A stretch of 28,526 nucleotides of DNA. Source: an uncultured Verrucomicrobiae bacterium (lineage in GTDB: Bacteria > Chlamydiota > Chlamydiia > Chlamydiales > Rhabdochlamydiaceae). Positions 17,676-25,283 of this stretch are shown in pieces (position 1 is the stretch's first letter; each line of letters begins with the position of its first letter). The position numbers and the translations under genes are program-made. A model generated the notes under the pieces. The model searched no databases. It was not told where the DNA came from and was given only the letters and a program-made list of their open reading frames with translations. The stretch covers positions 1-28,526 of the forward strand of contig CAWEXY010000004.1 of NCBI GenBank assembly GCA_963813135.1, given 5' to 3'.

Positions 17676-18675
17676 TGAGGAACGTGATTACTCCAAAAAA
17701 GAGAAGGATTTTATTGGTCTTCTTCGTGATTTTCATGAGACGCTCGCGCACCATTTTTTCAAAGGGATTTTCATTCTCAAACCACGTTCCACCGTAGAGA
17801 TGGCGCGAATAGATCGCGAGATCATCGCGGGGCGCATTGAAATAGAAGGCGGGGAAGGCGACATCGCGGCTTCCTTTCTTGCCAGCGAGCTCCTTAAAGG
17901 ACTCGCCGAGGGCTAAAAAGGTGCGGTGGGCCACGCGGTTGATCACTGCATCGCGGTCCTTGCCGGGATAATCGCGATCGAGCTGGTCCCATTTTAGCGC
18001 GAGCCATTCCATGCAGCGCTCTAAAATCGGATGGCCGGCCTTCGATGCGACAATATTGTTGGTAGGCAGAACGGAAGAGCTGAGCGCCGTTTTATAAGGC
18101 ATCTCCATTCCAATGAACAGGTCCAAGCTGGAGTTGAGGGGCTGGAAAGACTTGAAGCATTTCACATCATGGTCAACGTAGATTCCTCCTTCGGCAAAGA
18201 GTATCTCATAGCGCAGAACGTCGGACTTTTCTCCATAATTGTCCGATTTATTATAGCAGTCGAACAAACGGGCAAACTTGAGGTCTTGAATGAAGCATTT
18301 TTGGAGTTTGGGATGAGGAACGGGGCGGTCGCGGTCGGTCCAAAATTTAAAGGTCCAGTCGGGGTGCTTGGCGACCCATGAGCGGACATTCTCGATGGAC
18401 TCGCGCGGGAAGGGTTTGGGGCCGATCCAAATAAAGTGGATGGTTTTAGGAATCCGCTGAGCGATGCTTTTTTCCTCTATGAGAGGAAGGCTGCGCTCGT
18501 AGATATTTTTAAAAAAAGCGAGATTTTCAAAATCTTCCGGGGTTTGGACAAATTGCCATCTTTCAGTCCCTTTGCCCATGAGGGTTTCAAAATCGGCCTT
18601 ATCTTTTTCATCTTTCTTTTTAGAGCAGGAGAACAAAAGGGGGAGCAGTGCTAGCAGAACAACGATTTTTTTCAT
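17617..18675 (-). CDS. GT32-like DxD glycosyltransferase; predicted lipoprotein with C-terminal TM anchor
   Basis: Motifs IPKTIHFIWIG, KSDVLRYEIL and GGIYVDHD. Lipobox-like LLFS-C at the N-terminus; C-terminal hydrophobic helix followed by KYRKSLRRA. Confidence 0.85.
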   Translation of the reverse strand: MKKIVVLLALLPLLFSCSKKKDEKDKADFETLMGKGTERWQFVQTPEDFENLAFFKNIYERSLPLIEEKSIAQRIPKTIHFIWIGPKPFPRESIENVRSWVAKHPDWTFKFWTDRDRPVPHPKLQKCFIQDLKFARLFDCYNKSDNYGEKSDVLRYEILFAEGGIYVDHDVKCFKSFQPLNSSLDLFIGMEMPYKTALSSSVLPTNNIVASKAGHPILERCMEWLALKWDQLDRDYPGKDRDAVINRVAHRTFLALGESFKELAGKKGSRDVAFPAFYFNAPRDDLAIYSRHLYGGTWFENENPFEKMVRERLMKITKKTNKILLFFGVITFLNVIGFTLLFLKYRKSLRRA

Positions 18676-19760
18676 ATTTTCCTTACCATATATTTTATGG
18701 AAAGTCCCATTAGAAGCAAATTAAAAGCGCCCATTATGCCTATCAAGATGAGCATACGGTTATATTTATTTTGAACTTTGCCTAGATCGCGTGTGATCTG
18801 TTTCTCAAAAGAAGCCTCTTTCTTTTTCCCGTCGGACCAAGAATTCGCAAAAAAATGTTTTGAATAAACAGGTTTTAGGCCCGGTTTGGCAAAGAAATAG
18901 GCTGCGGGGAAAACGATATCGCGATTTCCATTCTCGCTAAGGGGACCTCTCAGCGCGAGGGTGAGGGGCAAATAGGTGCGCTCCATGACGATCTGCGTGC
19001 GGGAAAACCCATCTTTGTTGGGATATTTTGCCGCCAGCTCCTCCCATCTCCCCTCGATAAGATCGATGACGCGTTGAATGACCGGATGTCCTGGGCGCGC
19101 GCCCAGGACGCCCATGCCGGCTGTCACGTTCAGCCCGGCAACCATGGGATGAGGGACTTCGAGGCCGCAATAAAAATCATATCCTCGATGGAGCCCCTCA
19201 AAAGAAATGAGGCAATTGGCGTCATGGTCGACGTAAGTTCCACCCTCGTAGAAAAGAATTTCATAGCGGAGAACATCCGATTTTTCTCCCCAGTTGTCGG
19301 AGGCTTCGTAATATTTTCCTAGTTGGAAAGGGTATTTATTGAAGACGACGACTTCCATGCCATGGCAAGGCGGCGGACGCTCGCGATCGGTCCAAAATTT
19401 AAACTTCCATGTCGGATTCTTGGCCATCCACGTGCGGACATTTTCTACGGATTCGGAAGGAAATTGCTTAGGACCTACCCATATGAAATGAACGACGGGG
19501 GGGATTTTCCAAGGGCCTTCTGCGGTGTAGCGATAGGCAGCATTGCTGTCGTAAAGCGACCGGAATTTATCGAGCGCCGCTAAATCTATAGATTGCTTGA
19601 CATGGGACCAATGCTTCGTCTCCTTTCCCATCCACGTATCGAATTCCCCCGCATAAAGGCAGGAAACAAAGAACAAGAGAAGAAAACGCAAAGGCGCAAA
19701 GGCATGAAGTGAGACTCTGCGTCTTTGCGTCTTTGCGTTAAAAATTCTCTGTATTTTCAT
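18672..19760 (-). CDS. GT32-like DxD glycosyltransferase with signal peptide and C-terminal TM anchor
   Basis: Motifs IPPVVHFIWVG, KSDVLRYEIL and GGTYVDHD. Tandem paralog of 17617..18675; 4-nt overlaps at both ends. Confidence 0.85.
   Translation of the reverse strand: MKIQRIFNAKTQRRRVSLHAFAPLRFLLLFFVSCLYAGEFDTWMGKETKHWSHVKQSIDLAALDKFRSLYDSNAAYRYTAEGPWKIPPVVHFIWVGPKQFPSESVENVRTWMAKNPTWKFKFWTDRERPPPCHGMEVVVFNKYPFQLGKYYEASDNWGEKSDVLRYEILFYEGGTYVDHDANCLISFEGLHRGYDFYCGLEVPHPMVAGLNVTAGMGVLGARPGHPVIQRVIDLIEGRWEELAAKYPNKDGFSRTQIVMERTYLPLTLALRGPLSENGNRDIVFPAAYFFAKPGLKPVYSKHFFANSWSDGKKKEASFEKQITRDLGKVQNKYNRMLILIGIMGAFNLLLMGLSIKYMVRKI
19685..19739. repeat. REP-like palindromic element inside the 5' coding region of the GT32 gene
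   Basis: AACGCAAAGGCGCAAAGGC (19685-19703) pairs with GTCTTTGCGTCTTTGCGTT (19721-19739) at 17 of 19 positions, plus two G:T. Internal 8-mer CTYTGCGT occurs three times. Confidence 0.75.
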
Positions 19761-21457
19761 CGGCGGGGCACAAAAGTGATTTCATGCTCGATGTGCAACG
19801 AGCGGTTAGAGATTTGATGGAACGGGGCAATATCTATTTTGAGCCCTGCTTCAAACTTGCCGAGCAATTCTTCCGTCGTATAACTTTGCATGTTTCGGTT
19901 GGCTTCTGCATTTTGCACCACATTGAGAGGAACATTCACAACCTTAGCTGAATTGAAGTAAAGGCCTACCATATTCTTATCTCCCTTGAGGGCCCAGCGA
20001 GATTCCATCGAAGTCGGATGCGTGAATTCGATTTTTTGAAGGCGGGGAAGAATCTCTTCTTTACGATAGATCGTCATGTCTAGATTGTGGAGATAGCGCC
20101 AATCATCGCGGCCCATTTTGAACTGCCAAGCCAGCATATTTTCTTGGAGTTCGACCGATGGAGGAACAACTTCTTGTTTTCTTTTCATGTAACAATAATC
20201 GATCTCTTTACCCATGCGGAGGAAAAAGGCATATCCGTGGCTTGCTTTGAGAGCCTCTGTGCATTTGGCGATATCAATAATGTCCTTGACGATGATGTCA
20301 TCGACGGCAAAGAGGACGAAGGGAGAAGGCGTGCTTTTGATCATATCTAAGGTGAGAGGCTTAAAATCGCTTGCGGGGTCTATGCCTTGCGCGCGGAACT
20401 GCACTTGCGGATAAGCGGCCTTCACTTTTTCGTAGCCAGCGGCAAACGGGCCGTCAGCGCGATAAAGCACTGTCGTTTCGCCCAAGCCTGTTACATATTT
20501 CTGCACCGACTCTAAGAGGGCGTAGAGCTGCAAAGGGCGATTATAAGAAAAAATAATGAGGTCGGCTTTTTCGGCCTTCTGCGTTGCCTGCGGCCTCTCT
20601 TCTAATGGCTGATACTTTGGCAGCGACCGCACATAAGAGATCATATCAAATTGCTTTTGCCATCTTAGTTTGTCGTCGTTCAAAGGATTGGCGTGATTGT
20701 ACAGATAAAGGACGTCCTTTATGAAATGGGCATGCGTTCCCGCCATTTCTAAAATCGGCAGCATAACGGCGACATCTGACGCTGATTGCAGAAAATTTCC
20801 CTCAAAAAGAAGATCTTGAAGATAAATTTCTTTAAATAGCCCTGCATAAAAAGTTTTAAGGTGCGAAGCTCCCCATTTATGGGTCCTGACCTGGTTTTTT
20901 TCGAGGACGGAAGCGGGCAGGGGCTTGGCCCAGCCCCCTTTCTTATAGCTAGGGTATTCGACATAGCTGCCATAGGTGACCCACACATCGGGATTGGCAT
21001 AAATCGAATTTAATTTTTTCAAGACGCCGTCGTGAGCAAACTGGTCATCTCCATCAAGAAGGACCGCAATCTCGTCATCGCCGCACATATGGACCGCCTT
21101 ATAGAGGTTCGCGGCAGCGCCTTGGTTGCGATCGTTATGAAGGAGGGTAAAACGCTCAGGATGAGCGGACTGCTGAATGATCGTTTCAACTTTTTCAAAG
21201 GTTCCATCCGTCGAAGCGTCATCGATATAGATCACGCGGAAGTTCTCATAGTCTTGCTCGAGGATACTGCGAAGATTTTTTTCACACCACTGAGCGTTGT
21301 TGTAAGAAGGGGTGATGACGACAAAAGATTTTTGCTCTTTTACTTCCCATACGACCTCGACAGGCGGCTTCCTCGCCCACTTTTTCCATACTTTAGGTCC
21401 GAAATGGCCGAGTGAAAAAACCGAGATAAGGATAAAAAAAATTAGAGATTTGGACAT
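19757..21457 (-). CDS. Two-domain glycosyltransferase (GT2 plus a second GT-A-like domain) with N-terminal membrane anchor
   Basis: First domain has VVITPSYN, YIDDASTDGT and LLDGDD. Second domain has IIFSYNRPLQL and FAVDD. Confidence 0.88.
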   Translation of the reverse strand: MSKSLIFFILISVFSLGHFGPKVWKKWARKPPVEVVWEVKEQKSFVVITPSYNNAQWCEKNLRSILEQDYENFRVIYIDDASTDGTFEKVETIIQQSAHPERFTLLHNDRNQGAAANLYKAVHMCGDDEIAVLLDGDDQFAHDGVLKKLNSIYANPDVWVTYGSYVEYPSYKKGGWAKPLPASVLEKNQVRTHKWGASHLKTFYAGLFKEIYLQDLLFEGNFLQSASDVAVMLPILEMAGTHAHFIKDVLYLYNHANPLNDDKLRWQKQFDMISYVRSLPKYQPLEERPQATQKAEKADLIIFSYNRPLQLYALLESVQKYVTGLGETTVLYRADGPFAAGYEKVKAAYPQVQFRAQGIDPASDFKPLTLDMIKSTPSPFVLFAVDDIIVKDIIDIAKCTEALKASHGYAFFLRMGKEIDYCYMKRKQEVVPPSVELQENMLAWQFKMGRDDWRYLHNLDMTIYRKEEILPRLQKIEFTHPTSMESRWALKGDKNMVGLYFNSAKVVNVPLNVVQNAEANRNMQSYTTEELLGKFEAGLKIDIAPFHQISNRSLHIEHEITFVPRR

Positions 21458-21481
21458 TACCTATCAATTTTCCATAGGTAA
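21457..21481. promoter_or_regulatory. 8-bp inverted repeat, possible operator, in the GT2/topA divergent region
   Basis: TTACCTAT-N9-ATAGGTAA, overlapping a weak minus-strand TTGACG-N17-GAAAAT. Confidence 0.3.
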
Positions 21482-21558
21482 ATCATTTCCGTCAATGTTC
21501 TCATCCTTGTGCAAAATAGTCAAAAGATGATATCAACCTTTAAACTACCTGTTTGGTT

Positions 21559-24060
21559 ATGAAAAAAGCGCTTATTATAGTCGAGTCTCCTGCGAAAATC
21601 AAAACTCTCAAAAAGTTTTTGGGTAGCAATTACCTTTTTGAGTCGTCGCTCGGCCATATCCGCGACCTTCCGAAAAAAGGGTTCGGCATCGACCTCGAGA
21701 ACGATTTCGAGCCCCAATATGCGATTCTCGATGAAAAGCAAGAAGTGATCGCCCGGCTCAAGAAAGCCGCCAAGCAAGCCGAAGTCGTTTACCTCTCTCC
21801 CGACCCTGACCGCGAAGGAGAGGCCATTGCCTGGCACATTCAGTCAGTCCTTCCCAAAGGGACTAAATCAAAGCGCGTTACCTTCAATGCGATCACGAAA
21901 GAAGCTGTCCTTGAAGCCTTAAAACATCCTCGCAGCATCGATCAGGCTCTCGTCGACGCTCAGCAGGCGCGCCGCATGCTCGACCGGATCGTCGGCTACA
22001 AAATTTCACCGATCCTCACGCGCCGCGTTCAAGGGGCCCGCGATGGCGGCCTTTCCGCCGGCCGCGTCCAGTCTGTAGCCCTCAAGCTCGTCGTCGACCG
22101 TGAAAAAGAGATCGAAGCCTTTATTCCCGTTGAATACTGGAACATCTTTGCGGAGCTTCAAACCAAAAAAACAGAAAAACCTTTCACCGCCTTCCTCCAC
22201 TCCGTCGATGGAAAAAAAGTAGAAAAAGAAAAAGTTGAGGGCAAGGACTATTACCTCATCCCCGATGAAAAAACAGCCACGGACATCACGGCCCGCCTTA
22301 AAGGCGCTACCTTCAAAATTGAGTCCGTCGACCGCAAAGAAAAGAAAAGAAATCCCACGCCTCCTTTCATCACTTCGACGCTCCAGCAAGAGGCAAGCCG
22401 CCACTTCGGATTTTCAGCGACGCGCACCATGAGCATCGCCCAAACTCTCTATGAAGGGGTTGAAATCGGCGATGAGGGATCTGAGGGCCTTATCACCTAC
22501 ATGCGTACCGATTCTGTACGCAGCGCTCCTGAGTCTATCGAGGCCGCCCGCAAACACATCGGCAAAGAGTACGGAAAAGAATTTCTGCCTGACGAACCCC
22601 GGCAATACGCGTCTAAAAAAAGCGCGCAGGACGCCCACGAAGCGATCCGCCCTGCCAATCTCGAATATCCTCCGGAAAAGATCCAAAAATATCTCACACC
22701 CGATCAAGTCAAACTCTACACCCTCATCTGGCGCCGCTTTATCGCCTCGCAGATGAACCCCGCAATCTACGACACCGTCTCTGCCGACATCGCCACCAAT
22801 AAAGATCTTATTTTCCGCGCGAATGGCTCGACGATCAAGTTTCAAGGATTCCTTGCCGTCTATGAAGAAAAGCAAGATGAGAAAGAGGAAGAGAGCAAAA
22901 TGCTTCCCCCTCTGACGGAGAACCAGCCGCTCCAACTTCTTAACCTCACCCCTGAACAGTCGTTCACCAAGCCCCCGGCTAGATTTACCGAAGCTTCCCT
23001 TGTCAAAGAGTTGGAGAAGTCGGGCATCGGACGCCCCTCTACGTATGCGACCATCATGCAGAAGATCCAAAGCCGCGACTACACGGTTAAAGAAAAGGGC
23101 GCCCTGCATCCCACTGAACTGGGCCGCGTGATCGCCCGCATGCTCGAAGACAATTTCGGGCTCATCATGGACATCACCTTCACCGCCACGATGGAAGACA
23201 ACCTCGAGCTCATCGCTGAAAACAAGATCAAATGGAAAGAGCTCATCGCCGAATTCTGGAAAGAGTTCATTCCCACTGTCGAAAATGCGGAAAAGGAAGC
23301 ATTTGTCCCCAAAGTCCTCACGGACCACGCTTGCCCCGATTGCGGCCATAAGCTTCAAAAAATTTGGTCCCGCAGTAAATACTTTTACGGCTGTTCGAAT
23401 TATCCCGAGTGCAAGTTCACCACTCCCATCGAAGCCCTCGATTTCAACAAGGAAGAATTCGCTCCGGGCTTTGATTCCGACCGAGCCTGCCCCAAATGCC
23501 ACAAAGCCATGAAACTCCGTTTCGGCCGTTTTGGGCCCTTCCTCGGATGCACCGATTATCCCAAGTGCCGCGGCATCGTCAACATTCCCAAAAAAGGCGA
23601 GCCGCCTCCCGAAGAGATGCCCGCCTGCGTCGCGATCGGCTGCGACGGCAAGTTATCTCCGCGCCGCTCCCGCTTTGGAAAAATCTTCTATTCCTGCTCG
23701 AACTATCCCGATTGCGATGTCATCGTCAACAACCTCGAAGACCTCGCCTCCAAATATGTGAACCGTCCCAAAACTCCCTATGTCAAAGGGCCAGAGTCAA
23801 GGGTGGAAAGGGAAAAGGAAGGCTTCCAGCAAACGGCTTATAATCTTTCTAAAGAACTCCAAGCCATCGTCGGCGCAGAAACGATGTCCCGTCCCGAGGT
23901 GACCAAGAAAGTGTGGGAGTACATCAAAAAGCACGACCTCCAAAACCCTAAAAACAAACGGCAGATCGTGCCCGATGCGAAACTAGCTAAAGTCTTCGGC
24001 AACAAAGAGCCCATCGATATGATGCAGCTAGCGCGCGTCCTCGGTCCGCATTTCAAGTGA
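21559..24060 (+). CDS. topA: DNA topoisomerase I (type IA) with three C4 zinc ribbons and a C-terminal SWIB domain
   Basis: Motifs IVESPAK, DPDREGE, SAGRVQS, catalytic ITYMRTD, AHEAIRP and GIGRPSTY; three Cys4 repeats; SWIB segment LSKELQAIVG...RPEVTKKVWEYIKKHDLQNPKNKRQI. ATG at 21559. Confidence 0.97.
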   Translation: MKKALIIVESPAKIKTLKKFLGSNYLFESSLGHIRDLPKKGFGIDLENDFEPQYAILDEKQEVIARLKKAAKQAEVVYLSPDPDREGEAIAWHIQSVLPKGTKSKRVTFNAITKEAVLEALKHPRSIDQALVDAQQARRMLDRIVGYKISPILTRRVQGARDGGLSAGRVQSVALKLVVDREKEIEAFIPVEYWNIFAELQTKKTEKPFTAFLHSVDGKKVEKEKVEGKDYYLIPDEKTATDITARLKGATFKIESVDRKEKKRNPTPPFITSTLQQEASRHFGFSATRTMSIAQTLYEGVEIGDEGSEGLITYMRTDSVRSAPESIEAARKHIGKEYGKEFLPDEPRQYASKKSAQDAHEAIRPANLEYPPEKIQKYLTPDQVKLYTLIWRRFIASQMNPAIYDTVSADIATNKDLIFRANGSTIKFQGFLAVYEEKQDEKEEESKMLPPLTENQPLQLLNLTPEQSFTKPPARFTEASLVKELEKSGIGRPSTYATIMQKIQSRDYTVKEKGALHPTELGRVIARMLEDNFGLIMDITFTATMEDNLELIAENKIKWKELIAEFWKEFIPTVENAEKEAFVPKVLTDHACPDCGHKLQKIWSRSKYFYGCSNYPECKFTTPIEALDFNKEEFAPGFDSDRACPKCHKAMKLRFGRFGPFLGCTDYPKCRGIVNIPKKGEPPPEEMPACVAIGCDGKLSPRRSRFGKIFYSCSNYPDCDVIVNNLEDLASKYVNRPKTPYVKGPESRVEREKEGFQQTAYNLSKELQAIVGAETMSRPEVTKKVWEYIKKHDLQNPKNKRQIVPDAKLAKVFGNKEPIDMMQLARVLGPHFK

Positions 24061-24077
24061 TCTGAAATACGACCAAG

Positions 24078-25283
24078 CTAGGGCGATGTGCACCCAAATA
24101 TAGGGCCTAAATAGGCCACTGTTAATTGCAATACAATCACTCCCATCCATACAGAAATAAAAAAAGAGGCCGCTAAAATTTTAGCGTCCTGGGTGATTGC
24201 AATAGATGCCACGGCCCGCTTGTAGGATTGGATAAACCTCCATGCAAGAAAACTAAAAGCACAAAAACCCACGATCCCCAAGCTGCCTAAAATTTCTGTA
24301 AAGGTGTTGGTGGGATCGAACATTTCTGCTTCGGAAAGAGTTTCAATATGGTTGCCTGCCGCATAATGATGTTGATAGAGATAAGGGCCAATTCCGCCCA
24401 ATCCTACGCCGATCCAAAAATTATCGTAGAAGGTCTGCAGACAATTGCAAATGCCCTCCCACCGGGCCAAGAACGAGCCATGGCCAAACCCCCAATAAAA
24501 AAACTTTAATAAAGAATATTGAATGAGTTCCCGCCAAAAGAAAAAAATAGAGGCGATTACAGAAACTAGCATGCTGGAAAAATAAAATAGCTTTTTCCAA
24601 CTTATTTTAAATGGGATCATCGTGATAACGAATAATGGGTAGGAAAACAGAATGCCCGTTGAAGTTGATACGATCAGCAGCATATTAACTCCTAAAAGTT
24701 TTAACAGGCTGCTTTTTTTATAATTGGAGAGTTGAAAACGCGCATTATAAAACATCACAAATAGGGTCATATAAAGGGCATAATAGGAGGGTTCGTAAGT
24801 AAATGCCTGACCGCGTGCTAAAAAAGCGACGCGCTGGAAAACGAACGGATCATAAATCCCTAAAAGAGAAAAAGCTACTTGCGCTGAGGCGTAAATTCCC
24901 ATCAATATGAACGAAGCAAAATAGATCGTTAATATCTTACTTCCACGGAAAACGAATAAATTATACGGCAAAATAAAATAGGCGATTAGATTGAATATAT
25001 AAACCCCTAAATAGCCAGCGCATCGGAAAATATGCGAGCTAAATAAAGCCGACAGTAAAAGGCTAAAAAAGAGGGCTATCGCCGTTGCACGGACTGAGCG
25101 GTCGATGTATATCTTTCTATATAGGCTAAAAAAAACAAAAAACAAACCGGCTGCAAGAACATGGCCTATCTTTAATTTATAAAGATAGACCTGAACATTC
25201 AGCAGTTCTGCTGAAAGAGTGAGAAAGTAAACAAAAATCCACCCATCGAGCCAATCAAGCCGTCGTAGTAGATTGCTCTTCAA
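24078..25283 (-). CDS. O-antigen ligase/polymerase-like (WaaL/Wzy-type) polytopic membrane protein; C-terminus probably frameshifted
   Basis: About 10-12 hydrophobic segments with motifs RGQAFTYEPSYYA, GSFLARW and WIGVGLGG. One extra base at about 24124 would give LQFNSGLFRPYIWVHIALAW and a stop at 24028. Confidence 0.75.
   Translation of the reverse strand: MKSNLLRRLDWLDGWIFVYFLTLSAELLNVQVYLYKLKIGHVLAAGLFFVFFSLYRKIYIDRSVRATAIALFFSLLLSALFSSHIFRCAGYLGVYIFNLIAYFILPYNLFVFRGSKILTIYFASFILMGIYASAQVAFSLLGIYDPFVFQRVAFLARGQAFTYEPSYYALYMTLFVMFYNARFQLSNYKKSSLLKLLGVNMLLIVSTSTGILFSYPLFVITMIPFKISWKKLFYFSSMLVSVIASIFFFWRELIQYSLLKFFYWGFGHGSFLARWEGICNCLQTFYDNFWIGVGLGGIGPYLYQHHYAAGNHIETLSEAEMFDPTNTFTEILGSLGIVGFCAFSFLAWRFIQSYKRAVASIAITQDAKILAASFFISVWMGVIVLQLTVAYLGPIFGCTSP

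Noticed and set aside
17617..19760. GT32 pair as chlamydial cytotoxin (TcdA/B-like) genes
   Set aside because: They share only the DxD-type catalytic motifs, are about 350 aa and lack protease and translocation domains.
22414..23502. 362-aa antisense ORF, plus other short ORFs inside topA
   Set aside because: Shadow ORF on the strand opposite a conserved gene with biased codon usage; no recognisable motifs.
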